A DNA stretch of 64,000 bases from the human T2T-CHM13v2.0 reference genome, Homo sapiens: the NCBI RefSeq assembly GCF_009914755.1, contig NC_060929.1; one strand, given 5' to 3'. Shown here piece after piece: positions 18,960-37,404 of the stretch. The position numbers and the translations under genes are program-made. Numbering within the stretch: position 1 is the stretch's first letter; every line of letters starts with the position of its first letter. Under the pieces are notes generated by a model that was not told the DNA's origin, searched no databases, and was given only the letters and a program-made list of their open reading frames with translations.

Positions 18960-19055
18960 GATTGTGAACCAGTAGATCTGGAGTAGGGTTTGAGAGTCTG
19001 CATTTCTAACAAACCCAAAGGTGATGTTATGCTCTCAGCAAGGTTCTAGACTGCT
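18960..19055. mobile_element. MER5A-like hAT-Charlie fragment
   Basis: cagtagatctggagtagggtttgagagtctgcatttctaacaa...ggtgatg. Confidence 0.75.
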
Positions 19056-20879
19056 AAATTTCCTATATAGACTTAGTTGTTGCGATGTCTTTATTCAAAA
19101 AGAACTGCTTTGTTCTTGGTCTTATAATTGTAAGATATTTTGTTAGGTGAGTCCCATATATTTTTTCTCACTTAATCTTCACAACACCCCTGCAAGACTG
19201 TAATACATGTTCATTATGGAAAATTCAGATAAGCAAAAAGAAGAAAAATAAAAGTTACGTAGATACCAGAAATTAAAATAATATTTATTTATAAGTTTAA
19301 GACTCCAAGTGAAGATTAAAGTTCTAAAAGGAACTAAAGTTATAGCTTCGGGAGTATTATATGCATTTTCCCACCTTAAGTAAAGAAAACAAAACATTGT
19401 GGGAGTAATATGACTGAAACTAAAATGTATTTACTTAGAAAAGACCAGAAGAAAATGTCAGAGCATACAGTAGTTGCATTAGGGTGACAGGATTATAACA
19501 GGCACTTTTTCCTTTTATCTGCAGTCCACAATATTTATAATGTGCATATGTTACCTTTACAATAAAAATTTAAAAACCTTAGTCTTCTCAGAAATGCCAC
19601 TGAGGAAAAGGTCTGAAAGTTAATAATAACTAAACTAAATAAATACTTTACAATTTAAATGAAAATCATCAAGATGGACAAAGAATAATTCACACAAGTG
19701 AAAAATGGTAAATGAACAACTGAAAAGAATAAATCAAATACAGCTTTGGTAAAATAGTAAACAGCTTTACACAATAGTAAAAAAACATGCAGCTAAGCAG
19801 GTATCTATCTTTTCCAAAAGGAAGTATTTTAGAGCTAACAACCAATGCTGACAAGGCACAGCAAAACCAATATATTTGTTCATTTCTGGTAGTAGTATGC
19901 ATCCTTTTGAAAGGTAATGTGATTAACACAAAGATTCATAAATATTTAATGGCAATAGAATACAAAAATACTATACACACTCCATCTGTCACTATGTAAC
20001 ATGTTTACATGCTGAAAGACAATCTTTTGGGGAAAAAACTCTTTTTTGAGGATAAAGAGATGAGATTACCGAGTGCTTTAGTGTTTGCTTAAACATTCTT
20101 TAAGTCTTCTTAACTTAAAAAAAGCAAATAACCAAAGTTAACTTTACATATGATAGCCCTCTATCAAGTAAGTAAACCACATTTTGCATATTATGGATGT
20201 TTATGCTTTTTTGTTTGTTTTTAGCCCTCTTTAGACAAATTCCTATAGAATTTTCCTAAATTAGAAACAAGTCTTGAGATTTGTTTTTAACTTTCCTAGT
20301 ACTAAAGTCAACCACTTATTCCAAATTTATTGAATTCACCTGTATGTGGTACAATTATTATCTAGTTATCATACAGGGAACGTAGAATTGGTACCACAAG
20401 GAAATAATGATTTTAAGAAATAGAAAGATTTAAAGGTATTATTTCAGAAATGACTGGAGAACTTTAGGCATTAAAAAAAAATCTGTAAGTTCTGGTTTCA
20501 GTTTCTTCTCTTCAGTGTCCAAAATTGCATCCAAAATAGCACAGCCACTGCCAAACATGTGCATTAAATCTTGGAAAGCAAAAAGAGAAATGGTCTGTAC
20601 CAGTAAGCCACAGTATTAAAAAGTTTAAGCAGAGACTTTCAGAAGTAATCGGTCAGGTGCAGGTTCTGTAGAAACTTGAAGTCTTACCTAAGGAACAAGG
20701 TAAAGGAATGTATAACATATACCATGTTACATGAACATAACATTTAATATTGCAAATACTTTACAGAGCTATTATTTTATGTATATCCTTGTCTGAAATG
20801 ATTTGTCTCCACTTGAACCTTGTTGACTGTTTTTCTAGACTTCTTAAAACTGAAACCAAATAGCATACCCTAATTATCT

Positions 20880-21077
20880 AGTTGAGTATTTCCCAGCCAT
20901 ATGTTGGGTGAGAGCTGTTGGCATTTTGGACAAGACACTTCTTGTGCTGGACTGCCCTGTGATTTTGTGTCCCACTCATTACTACCAGTTGCAACCCTCA
21001 GGAATTGAGTACTAGAAACACCCTCACAGTTTTCATGGGGTTGGTGAGCAAGTACCTTCTGTTGAGAATTGGTCTAG
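20880..21077. mobile_element. MER20-like hAT-Charlie element
   Basis: tgttggcattttggacaagacacttcttgtgctggactgccctgtg...gttgagaattggtctag. Confidence 0.6.
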
Positions 21078-21229
21078 TCCTTTGAAGAATGCTAGGTAGC
21101 TCTTTCTAAAATAGGTTAATTTCATGTCATAGTGTTTAGGTAAAAGCTTCACATTGGACATGAATAAAAAGGATTAGAGTTCAGTGTATTCAGGAAACTA
21201 ATATAAGATCTTTGAATCTTCTTATTTTG

Positions 21230-22010
<781 letters not shown>

Positions 22011-23199
22011 AACAAATAAATAAAAAAGTAGAACCAAGGCTTTCAAAGGTTGAGAAAGGGAATAATACTTCCTTTGTTTTTCTAGAACATGATTGGTCCT
22101 CCCATCATTTTCCTTCATTTCTTCCTTTAGACTGCACAGTTGCACTTGCAGTAAACCCTTCCTCTTGAATCCCTACCCAAAGATATTTTGAAAAGGATCT
22201 AGTAACTAATGGGGCAATAAGCAGCACTATCATCATGGGCACCTTAGGCTCAGAATTTGTCATGTTTTAACTGTTTCTCTGTCTTTGCTCCCATGTCATC
22301 TTCAGTTGTTGGGTCCAACTTGCACATCTTTTCCATATACCTTTATTGTTCTTCCTGTCTTTATCCTAGTTCACTTCATACCTAGATTATTATAGTAGCC
22401 TGTGAAGCTGGTCTCTTTTCGGCTTAAGTATTTCCAGCCGTGGAGAGTATACCTCAATGAAAATATTGCTGTAGCAATTTGTACCTCTTTACTCTATAAT
22501 TTATTTTTTATCTTACCTTTTTTTAGTGGTGGAGTAAGAAGGTAAAGGTAAAGGGAGATATAGGAGCTGATACTATTGTGTTTCAGTACTGGTGATCTAT
22601 TGCTAAATAATTATATAAGCTTGCATACTGACCCAACTCTTCTAGAAGGGAGAGTGTTAACAAAACTAGGAGAGAGATTGTAGCCAAGGTTTAAAATGGA
22701 TATATTTATGGGAGAAGCCTGCTTAGTGAATTGTGTTTTAGGGTAGGAATTCTGAATGAGTAAGCATGTCTGCTCTTTTTCTAATATCTGTTAAGTTTGG
22801 GGCTATTTTATTCCATGTCTTTTATCTTCCCTTTTAGAAATCCCTCAGTTGAATTAAGAGGAAAAAAGATCATTTAAAAAAATATCTAGACTAGCATTGT
22901 ATGAATGAAGACTGCAGAAATCTGTAGAAACCCGCTAGAAATTGGTCAGTTAGTAAGGTGTATCCCCTTGATAGCAATTTCTCATATGGAGGATGTAGTA
23001 GGGAGGTCATAGCATCTGGAGAGCTTTTTCCTAAGTGACAGTCATCACATTCTGAGATGGCATCCCACTTATCACCTTTCTCCCTTTGAGAATCAGTTTT
23101 AATGAGTCATTATTACTAAGGGAATGTGTTTTATTTCTCATGTGCAGGGGCAGAAAATTAATTTGGAACAGTTACCTTAAAGAAAGTGAGTTGGCAGTA

Positions 23200-23530
23200 A
23201 CAGTGATTATTTCCTTCACTCCCATGCCCAAATCTTTCATACTCTTTAAGGCTGAAAACTGCCACTTCCTGTAGGAAATATTCCCTGCTTTCCTTCTGGC
23301 CTTTCCTATTTAATTTGTCCCTCTTCTGATCTTACTTGAATCTTTTTTATGACCCTTGTTATTTTCTACATTGTACTATAAATTATGTGTGTGCTTATTA
23401 AAAAATCTATATTCTATACTAGAAACTCTTCCTAGAGCAGAGTACATGTCTAACGCCTCTTGTATTCTCACAGTACTTAATAGAACATCTTGCACATAAT
23501 ATAGAGGCTCAGCAAATATTTCCTGATCAT
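23200..23530 (+). mobile_element. L2 3' fragment
   Basis: ttgcacataatatagaggctcagcaaatatttcctga. Confidence 0.5.
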
Positions 23531-23679
23531 ATTATTAATTGTGAAGTTTGCTAGGCAAAAGTTAATGAACTTCAAATGTCATTGCTCTTCTACCCCTTTA
23601 AAATGTCTTTTACCACAGAGAAAAATTAGCAAAAATTATAAAGCTGATATCCAATAACTGAAATTAGGAAAGCAATGTA

Positions 23680-24320
23680 TTGAAGAAGGAGCTAGTGTAA
23701 ATCTAGAAGTGAGTAGAGATGTAGATAAGCAGTGAATTTTATAAAACCTTGTGGGTAATGCAAAGAGTTTGACCTTTTTCCGTACTTGAAGAGAGCCATT
23801 TGAAGACTTTTAAGAGGGGAGTCATTTGATCAAATTCGTGTTTTAAATAAATTAGTGTGATACAATGAGGAAGCTAACTGTACAGATAGTAACACCAGAA
23901 GATGGGAACCCAATTAGGTTATTGCAAGAATCTAGGAAAGAATAAATCCTAAAATCTTAGAGCAGAGGCAGTATAGTAGGATAAAAGAGAATAGATTTAA
24001 GAAATACAGATAAAATTGATAGGCTTGGTGCCTTATTTGATGTGAAGTAAGGCAGATGGAAGCATCTTGATGAGGCTTTAGAGATTGAAGTGCTGACACC
24101 TAAGTTAGAGAAGGAATATAGGGAGGAGGGAGAATAGCAGTAACTTTAGTGGCTGAGATGAGTTTTGAATGTGGCGATATTGGATTGTCTGTAAGAGAGC
24201 CAGTTGAAGATGTCCAGCAGTCAGTTGGTTATATAAGACTCAGGTTTATGGAGCGGTCAGTCTGAGAATCATCAGCATATAGATTCAGAGTAAGAGTGGC
24301 TAGAGTTTGTCCTAGAGAAC
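23680..24320 (-). mobile_element. L2 fragment
   Basis: gagagccatttgaagacttttaagaggggagtcatttgatcaaattcgtgtttta; gatgtccagcagtcagttgg. Confidence 0.65.
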
Positions 24321-24332
24321 ATGTATTACTGA

Positions 24333-24628
24333 TTTTTTTTTTTTTTTTTTGGGGATGGAATCTCACTGTCGCCCAGGCTGGAGTGCAGTGGCAGCAATCT
24401 TGGCTCACTGCAAGCTCCGCCTCCCGGATTCAAGCGATTCTCCTGCCTCAGCCTCCTGAGTAGCTGGGATTACAGGCATGTGCCACCACTCCTGGCTAGT
24501 TTTGTATTTTTAGTAGAGATGGGGTTTCTCCATTTTGTCGGGCTGGTCTCAAACTCCTGACCTCAGGTGATCCACCCGCCTCGGCCTCCCAGAGTGCTGG
24601 GATTACAGATGTGAGCCACCGCGCCCGG
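24333..24628 (-). mobile_element. AluSx-like
   Basis: Poly-T then full antisense Alu with cctgacctcaggtgatcc. Confidence 0.93.
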
Positions 24629-24719
24629 TGTGTTGTTGATTTTTAGAACCTTTTTTTCACTGTTTTCTCTGGTGTTTCCATTAGCAAGTATTTGTTACGG
24701 TTTACTTTCTATTATTGTT

Positions 24720-25195
24720 TTTATTATAGAAACAGTGTCTTTCAACCTGAATTTAATCATGAGGGGAAAAAAATCAAAGCAATCCTAGTTGAGGAACACT
24801 GTGAAAAACAATTGGCGTTAAGTTTTCAACAATGTGTGTCTTGAAATATTAAAAATATAGGTTGTGGAATTGTTCAACGTTAAAGGAGACTAAAAGAGAC
24901 GTGATAACCAAATGCAACCTGATTTGATTGATTGATTCCAGATAATCTTTTTAGAGGACATTATTGGAATAATTGGAGAAATTTGAATATGGATTGTATT
25001 TTAGATAATAGTAACAATGTTAAAATGTGATAATTTATTGTTGTATAGGAGAATGTCCTTTTACGTAGGGTAAAGTGCCATAATGCAACAACTGCAGTGG
25101 TTCAGCACACACAAAAAAGTATGTGTAAAGTGATAAAGCAAATGTAGTTTGCATTGTAAGTGCTTCTTATGTAAAAATGTATTTTTATAAAAGTG
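24720..25195 (+). mobile_element. L1MC/ME 3' UTR fragment
   Basis: aaggagactaaaagagacgtgataaccaaatgcaa; ggagaaatttgaatatggattgtattttagataatagt. Confidence 0.7.
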
Positions 25196-25215
25196 CCTAG
25201 TTTTCTTATTTCCTT

Positions 25216-25503
25216 CTTTTTTTTTTTTTTTTTTAAAAAGACAGACTGTCTTGCTCCGTCTCCCAGGCTGGAGTGCAGTGGCATGATTACAGCTACTGCA
25301 TCTTCTACTTCCTGGGCTCAAGCCATCCACCTGTCTCAGCCTCCTAAATACTTGGGACTACAGATGTGTGCCACCACAGCTGGCTAATTTTTCTGTAGAG
25401 AAACTCCCAATTTTTCTGGTCTTGAACTCCTGGGCTCAAGCAGTCCTTCTGCCTCAGCCTCCCAAAGTGCTGGAATTTCAGGTGTGAGCCACTGTGCCCA
25501 GCT
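25216..25503 (-). mobile_element. AluJ with altered left arm
   Basis: cctgggctcaagc in both arms; TSD tagttttctta at 25198-25208 and 25504-25514. Confidence 0.9.
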
Positions 25504-25730
25504 TAGTTTTCTTAATATATTTTTGCATGTGGTAGCATATTAGAGGTTGAATACAATTGTATTTATTACATGTTTGTGCTTTTCTCTATTGATTATGGGA
25601 AATTGTTAAGACAAAAATCGCATTCACTGTATAGCAGCTGGTTTATCCTGTGGTTCTTCTCTTTGCAGGCAAACTTACTAAGTAAATGGACCAGAATAAA
25701 TTATTTTCATAATCTATTATTATTAAACCC

Positions 25731-26105
25731 TGTATTAGTCAGAATGGGATATAATCTCAGTTATTTAATACAACTAGGGTTTATTCTTGCTCACATTACT
25801 TATCCAACAGTTTGTCAGGAAATAGATCTACTCCATACAGTAGCTCCAGAAACCACACTGATGGAATTTCTGACAGTGTATATCTGTACACCTGGAACAT
25901 TAGTCCTCCACGGTGACCACCACATGGAAATAAAGAGCTAGAAGGTCTTCTGTTGGCCGTTAAATATTTCAGCCATGAAATGACACCCAGGTCATTCAGG
26001 CACTCACAACCTAGTAACCAGAACTAGTTACCTTACCCTACTGGTAAGTGTCTGGGACATGTGGGAAGCACAGGTTGTTTGGTGAACTGTAAATGTGTCT
26101 GTCAC
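25731..26105 (-). mobile_element. Old MaLR LTR (MLT1K/L-like)
   Basis: TG...CA ends (tgtattagtcagaatggg ... tctgtcaca); gtttattcttgctcaca. Confidence 0.55.
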
Positions 26106-26207
26106 ATATTGTACTTCATCTCAAGAAATATGCGTAGCCTTTAAACCTATGGATAATGGCCATTGTTGCCATAATTCTGCCTATTAAATTGTACTAAAAA
26201 AGTGTTA

Positions 26208-26539
26208 CAGGCCGAGTATCTCTAATCCAAAAATCTGAAATCCAAAATGATCCAAAATCCAAAACTTTTTGAGTGCCTACGTGGTGCCACAAGTAGAAAA
26301 TTCCACACCTGACCTCATGACAGGTTGCAGTCAAAACTTTAATGCGCAAAAGTATTAGAGATATTGTATAAAATTACCTCTGGGCTATGTGTATGGGGTG
26401 TATATGAAACATAAATGAATTTTGTGTTTAGACTTGGGTCCCATCTACAAGATATCTCATTACGTATATGCACATGTGCCAAAATTTGAAAATCCGAAAT
26501 TTGAAACACTTCTGGTTCCAAGAATTGACACTCAACCTG
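26208..26539. mobile_element. Tigger4/MER46 (Zombi) non-autonomous DNA transposon
   Basis: Degenerate terminal inverted repeats caggccgagtat / acactcaacctg; internal ttttgtgtttagacttgggtcccatc. Confidence 0.85.
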
Positions 26540-28338
26540 AATCACTTTCAGTGACAAACAGTGGCTTTCCTCTTATATATTGACTATTTCTCACATAATC
26601 CATTTTTATTTATTACTTTCAAAACTATATAATAAATGTAAACTGATTTTGAGAGTTTAGTGATTTGCCCAGAGTTACAGAGTCTGTCACTTGGAGAGCT
26701 TGTAGAGTTTTGAGATTTTGCTTTGCCATTTAAATTTAATGATAGCTACATTTAAATACTATTTTAACCTGAAACTTTTTAAAATATTTTTAAAAAGGAG
26801 TTTTTTCCTCAGATTTTTATTTTTCTTCTTAAAATTTATATTATTTACATTTAAAAAATAGCATTAGATAGTGTTTTCAGAATGAAGTCTATCAGCCCTG
26901 TATATAATCATCCTTTTTTCTTGGGCACTTAATTAGTTAGACATTTCTCAAAGGTATAAATTCTAATGTAGTTCTTAAAAAATATCCAAAATGTCCTATA
27001 TTATAGTTTATCTTAAACACATTTGAAATGTCTACATATAATAGATTGATGAAATCTATATAAACTTTAGTAACATGTCTCTAAGATATGGCACTACAAT
27101 TAATTTCTAATATTAAAAATTTTAATAGAACCACAAACAATAGAAAACATTTTAAATTGTATTTAATTTTAGGATGTTTATTTTAAATCTAGTTATAAAC
27201 AAAGTCAGTTAACCAGATTCTTCAATGGACTTGATCCCTGTACCACCCTTTCCTGCACACTTCTTTTTATTGAATTAGGTAAATTGTAAACCAAAAGCTC
27301 TTACTAGATGAAGTTCTCAGGTCAGTACAGATTCAACAGTCTGTTATACCCCTGTAATTCCTGATTGGAGTTTTGTTCTCAAAATCATACTCTTATGAAC
27401 AAACGCCAAAGCTATATCATAACTATGGAATGAAGGGGAGAGAGTTACATTTTAATATTTAAAATGTTTAAAGCTTTACATGTTTGAAGCAGGTTTATTA
27501 GCTTAGTAGTTTTAACTTTTGTTCAATTATAATCAAAAAATAGCTTTCATGTTTAATCTCTGACCTTTGGTTTGACATGTAAAAATGATAAATTTTATCA
27601 TAGTGATACATTGTAACACATGCCCAAGTATCTCCAAAACTGACTTCATCTTTTGTGAAAGTGATGCCAACTGAACATACCAGGAAGTCTTAGGCATTTG
27701 TATCAAACTGCCTAAGAACCCAGCTGTTAGCTTATAAGTCAGTGAAATTATATTTTATCATTTATTATCATTGATAGAACACAGACTAAAAGGAAATACA
27801 TCTGAAGTCCATTTCTTTAATTCATCATTATCTTCAGTGGAAAAAGATATGAGGAACAACATCACTCATTGGAAATGAACTGTCTTTGTCATTTCATTTG
27901 TGGTAGTTGTCCTTTCTTCAAAAAGCTATTTCTTGAAGAAAAGGAAAGTTAGTGAAATTTGTTTTCTCATTATACTTTATCCAAATTTGAAGTTTCCTAA
28001 TAAAAGTAGATAATTGCCTTTTGGCAAGTTTCCTCTTTATTACAAGTTCATGTAGGTGTTTGAGTTTGTTTTTCTTATTTATAAGAGGCAGAAGATGATA
28101 CCTATTTTCACAGTTACTTACTAACTTACTGCTTTAGTTTGAAAGAAACTGACAATGTTTCTTCTGAAACTTTTTAACAATACAATTAATTAGCATCTGA
28201 CTAAAAGTATCTCTTTGGGTTTTTAAATTGGACATGTCAGGTTGTTTAGTATCAGTTGTTTTACTAAAACCACGGAAGTGCCCTCAATTTTTACAGCATT
28301 TTGTTTTTTGAGTGAATTTTACCAACCATTTACATTTT

Positions 28339-30979
<2,641 letters not shown>

Positions 30980-31199
30980 TTAATATAGGATTACCAGGTT
31001 TTTATGCTGCTAAGGACATTTTTGTAAAAATTATTCCCCCAAAAAATTAGTTTAATAAAAGAGAGGGCATTTTACTACCAAAAGGTAAAGTAGGAAAGGT
31101 GTATCTTCAGAATAAAAGACTGCCCTTCCATATATTTCAGTTGACATTTTTATGCTGATATAGTATGTCTCCCATTATCTTTATTTCTCTCCTACCTCT

Positions 31200-31325
31200 C
31201 TTTTTTTTTTTAAGAGATAGGGTCTCATGAAACTGCCCAGGCTGGCCTTGAACACCTGGGCTTGAGTGATCCTTCCACCTCATCCTCCCTAGTGGCTGGG
31301 ACTACCGGCATGTACCACTGCACCG
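31200..31325 (-). mobile_element. Free left Alu monomer (FLAM)
   Basis: Poly-T, gagatagggtctc...gcccaggctggccttgaac; single arm only. Confidence 0.8.
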
Positions 31326-33665
31326 AGTATTACTTTTTTTCTCTTTACCATGTGCTTCTGTGAACTTTATTTTAATCCTTACTTGAAAAGCATGATTTTG
31401 AACACACCCTGTGATGAAGGTTACAATGCTTATTGCAATATTGCAATAGAAAAGGAGCTTTCAATTTTGTAGGCAAAGTTTTTGTGTGCCAGATCCCTGA
31501 CTGAGAAAGAAGATATTTTCATTTAAAAGTAAGCAAATAATCCTCTACTTTTTTTCTAACACAGCAAATTGATCCATATGCATAATGAAAAACCTCTGAT
31601 ATTGAACATAGAGATTCTTATTAATTGCAGTGTTCACAGGATTAGAATTTAAATACACAAATAGGTGTCTGCAGCTATCAATACCAGATGACTCAGTAAG
31701 CTAAATACAGACTTTAATAGAACTATCTTGGATGCCTTTTAAAATATCTTTTAAACTTGTTGTCAGGTATTCTGTTTTATCTTTTGATTTCTAAAATGGG
31801 TTGTAACATTTGAGATTCACTGAAGTTTCTTTTGTATTTTTTATGGCAATAGTATTTTGCCATTTTCAGGATAGAAATACTCATTTTTGAAGCTATTACA
31901 GTAGGCAGCTTTTTTGTAAGGTGATATGAATATCAGAGAAATATAACTACATGTTATACTTCTGATTTCATGGGATTAAAAAAAGAAAAGGCTTCTCAAG
32001 TGACACAAATGCATATGTTTTCAGAGACTAAGAAAGCATAAATTGATGATGACAGAACTTGTAACGCATTTAGATTTGTGTCACTTGAAAAACACTTGTT
32101 ACAAGCATGTTGTCAATTTGTGTATTTCAACAAATAGCCATTTTAAAGAAAAACATAAAGTAAATAATAGTACACTGATGATATTCAGATATGGTGAAAT
32201 CATACAGGTAGACCTTGAATGAATAATGAGCACATTGCTTTAGGACAGATGTGACTCTCAACTTTTGATATTTGACTGTGTGAGTTTAAAGTTGATGCTT
32301 TAATTTTTTAATAGGTCAAACTTGGGAATCTAATGACTGATAGTATTTTTGATAAGAAAGCACTAATATAGAACAAGAAACAGTGTTCTGAAATGAAAAT
32401 TATCAGACTTCCACTTTCTGTTCATATCTATTTCAAAAAATGTACGTGGCATATTATGTTCTTTGCTACTTAGTGGCTATTAAAATGGAATCATTTTATA
32501 AATGTCTTTCAGCAAAGAAAAATGTTGTCTGCTGCTGTGATCACCCGCCACTAAGTACTGTGCTCCTCCTCTCAGTAGCTTGACCACCTTATATACTTTA
32601 TGTGGCATCTTTAACCTGTATCTGTCACCTTACATATCTTCTTCTTTGTTCCTTAATTTTTTTTTTTTTTTCAAAGACTGCCTGGACCTACTCTCTCATT
32701 CTCTCCTCTGTATTGCTGCTATAGTTGTCACTTTCTTCTACATTCCCATTCTCTGCTTTGGCTGCTGTAATTATCTTTTGCTTTTACTATTTTGATCTTG
32801 TCATTCAGGACTGTACTATAAATTACATTTTACCATGGGTTAGGTTTACCTATCTTCAAAAAACTTCAGATTACCTTATTCTCTCCTCAATACCAAATAA
32901 TATACTCTAGTTTTCTTAGCTAATTTTTAAGCGTCTCCCCATTCCTCCAGATCCACCAAGAAAAATTCATCCTACACCACATTTTTACCCCTGGACCTAA
33001 AGTGTATTATATGTTCTTGAACAGGAAAATTTCATCTCCTGAAAAAAAAAAAATTACTGATATTTCCATGAGTACATATTGATTCTGGTTTGACTACTAT
33101 TTTGAAATAGAGTGGATGTAAAAATCTATGATGAAATCTTAAAACTAGTAAAATTATCATTAGAACTAGTATTATACATGGAACTATTAGTCTGGTAGCA
33201 TAGTCTGTTATACTACTCACACTAAAGCAAAATAAAAAGTACTGTCTTCACTTGGAACTGTTGTCTTACAATTCTGTGCCTGTCTTCACCATTTCATGAA
33301 AATATTAATTGTTCTTCTTGGCTTACTTTTTCTTTAATTTATGTTCTTGCCAGGTCAAAATCAAAAGTGATGATTTAGGACTTGGGCATTTGTCGAGATA
33401 AGTTCATATTGTCACCACTTTCCCAATTTTGAAGCTTACAAAAAAAATAGGCAGGATTTTAGTTTGCCTTCAGTTAGGGAAAGGAGAATTCATTTGCCAC
33501 AGGAGTAAAATCCTACGTTTTATAAAGCTATTTTAATGAAAATACCAGCTTTCCAAAATGAATGGGACCAACACAGAATTGATTGTTGCTTAAAAACTTT
33601 AACTGTATTGAGTTTTGGTAAATCATAATTCAAAAATAAAATGCAGGGGGACAAGAAATTATTAA

Positions 33666-34019
<354 letters not shown>

Positions 34020-34838
34020 CCTTCAATGTTTTTCTTAAAAATATGTTACCAGTTTCTATCACTGCCCATTTTCCACCTCCTTATTTTTTGTATAATGACC
34101 TTGAATTTTGACCCATTTCTTAAAAATTGGATTTTTATCATAATTTTTATACTCTTACCCTAAACCTATTAGTTTGATTTTTCAATAAGAAAAATCATGC
34201 TATTCATAGTATAGGTGAAATCTCATCTGAGGTTACCCACTTGAGTAGTATATTCATAGAAAAAGTATTTTGAGTCCTTAAGAGCCATGAAGAAAACAAA
34301 ACTGAGGGGTCAGTTTTCTTTTGGCCATTGTCGAGTATTATACTTTTAACTTAGTATGAAATGTAGGAAATGTCCAGCATACTGGATACTTATTTCTCTG
34401 GAATCACTCTGGCTGTCTAATGGTGGTATTTGGTATTACTGCAGAAAGCACAGGTTTTGTTTTAGAAAGTCCTGGATTTGACTATCTTACTCATTTTATG
34501 AAGTTGTGCAGTGATGAACTCTGAGGTTCATGTACTTATATTACTTATAAAACATTTAAATTGTTAGGGTTGTTATGCCTAAACTTGATGATTTTATGTA
34601 CCATCGCAATTTTGTTGAGAAGATAAATGCCAAAAAGCAAACCCTTGGAAAATTAGTTTACCTTTCTTTACCTTACCTTTGATAAAGGGAATGTTAAAGG
34701 GTAACTGATTTGAACTACAGATTTCTTTTCTACCACCTTTAAGGTCCTTTCCAGTATTATCTCTGTAAACAAAGTTAAAGAAAAATACATTTGAAAGAAA
34801 AGATTTGTTGTAACTAAACCAATTAAAGCTGGCTTCTA

Positions 34839-35250
<412 letters not shown>

Positions 35251-36223
35251 TTATCTTGATATCTCTTGATCTGATAACTAGAGTAATCTTTGAATATTGT
35301 TGTTAGTTATTATTAAAAACACTTATTAAGGTCCTTTATGGAAAGTGACCAGTTTCCTGCTTTTATATACATTCTTCTTTCTGTGGCCTGAAACATTATG
35401 TGGTCTTTGGTTATTTACTTTACAATTTAGTTATTCTGATAAATACTCTTACTTTAAAAATTTTATATCCAGAAGAATCTTTTTCTGCAGTCACAGAAGT
35501 AGTCTTGGTTGACCTGTTTTGGCTTTCTGTGTAATGTCTGTATTAGATACCAACTGATTGATATAAATGAGACTCTAAGGGGATAATAATAAGTGTTAAG
35601 GCCCAATCAACACCCTGAGGCTGTGAAAATGTTCACTACTATTTGTAGAAAGTTCATATATAATATGATATAAAAATTGCAAATTGAGTCCTGGCAATAT
35701 CTAGTCTTATAAATGGATAGAGCAAGATGCACTTTTGAGTGAATGAATTCCTGTTTTAAAGTGGTTAAGGATTATATTTGCAAGTTCCAAGTTATCTGTA
35801 TTCTACTAATTGTCCTATAGATGACATTGTTATAATTTGTTCACTCACATTGTTGCTTTCCACTAAGATCTGTTATTATTATCTTTAGGATTTTCTTATT
35901 TGTTAACATGATTGCTTAAGTGATTAATCAAACTAAATCAGATAACATAGAACTCAATGAATATAGCTCTTAACTTTGGATAACAGCTATTTTCCTCTTG
36001 AACTAATATCCAAATTTTTGATCTTTAAATGTTACAACTGCAGTAAGCATGGAATATTATTGAAATAAATTTAAATATAACTGTTTAATAAATTATTAAT
36101 TATGGATGATTAATAAAATGTTTAGTGTGTTACTGAATGTTTCTTGAGAAAATTTTATATCAGTTTAAATAGTTTTGTAGCTTGTCAGCATTACAGAATT
36201 TTTTATTTTTTTATTGTGTCATT

Positions 36224-36552
36224 AAGTGTAGTGGTTAAGAACATAGGCCTGGAGTAAGATTTGAATTCATATTCTGATTGTGGTCTTTATTAGCTGTGTG
36301 AACTTAGGCAAATTACTGTAACCTCTTTGAAAAGGCTTCCATTTCTATAATAGTTTGCCAGCTGGTTTGGTCAGGAACACTGTATTGTCTTGTGTATAGG
36401 TGTATCCACAATGTCTGGTACCTTGTAGGTACTCACTAAATTTTTAATGAAATGAATGATAACTGCTTTGGATGATTGCCATGAAAATTAAATGATGATA
36501 TGAATGTAAAGCAGCTAGTAATGTACATAGCTGACACTAACTGCTGTTATTA
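36224..36552 (+). mobile_element. MIR with a nested L2 3' fragment (about 36390-36460)
   Basis: tgtagtggttaaga...tagctgtgtgaacttaggcaaattact; L2 tail gtaggtactcactaaatttttaatgaaatgaatga; MIR resumes at gaaaattaaatgatgata. Confidence 0.7.
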
Positions 36553-37104
36553 TCAACAGTGACAGAAAATCTCCAGTCTAGCTAATACAAGAAATAGATT
36601 TTTCCTCAGACTCTCATCTCACATTCCCTTTTAAGATTTCCTTGTCCTATCCCCACCCCAGACGTTTCCATTTTGCTTTTATTTTCTATAATAATTCCTG
36701 GGGGCCTCTATTAAAGGCCTTTTTCTTTGACTACTTACATCCATTATACCAGTATCTTTGTCAGTAAAATTTTATATATCTTTTATTCTGTCATCAGGTT
36801 AAGAAACAATAATTGTATTTTTAAAGGAAAATATTTTACGATGCTACTAAGCAGTTACTTTGTCCACTTATGCAGGTATTTCATAAGTATGAAGTAGGGA
36901 GGTCAATATCTGTCTGACAGGAATCTGCTGAAGATTAATGTTATCTAGCAGAATGCTTGGCATATAGAAGGTACTCAAATAAGTGATGCTATCTATTAAT
37001 AGCATTGATAGTAATACTTTAAAACACTCTTTTCTAGTATATCATATCTCCAAATTTAATATTTATTGTCTTTTACACTTATTTTACATACATTAATTCA
37101 TTAC

Positions 37105-37404
<300 letters not shown>

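Noticed and set aside
26226-26265. Repeated atccaaaa motifs as a novel tandem repeat
   Set aside because: They are an intrinsic subterminal feature of the Tigger4/MER46 element.
32040-32190. TGATGA-containing segment as a box C/D snoRNA
   Set aside because: No convincing terminal stem or properly placed D box, and no recognisable rRNA antisense element.
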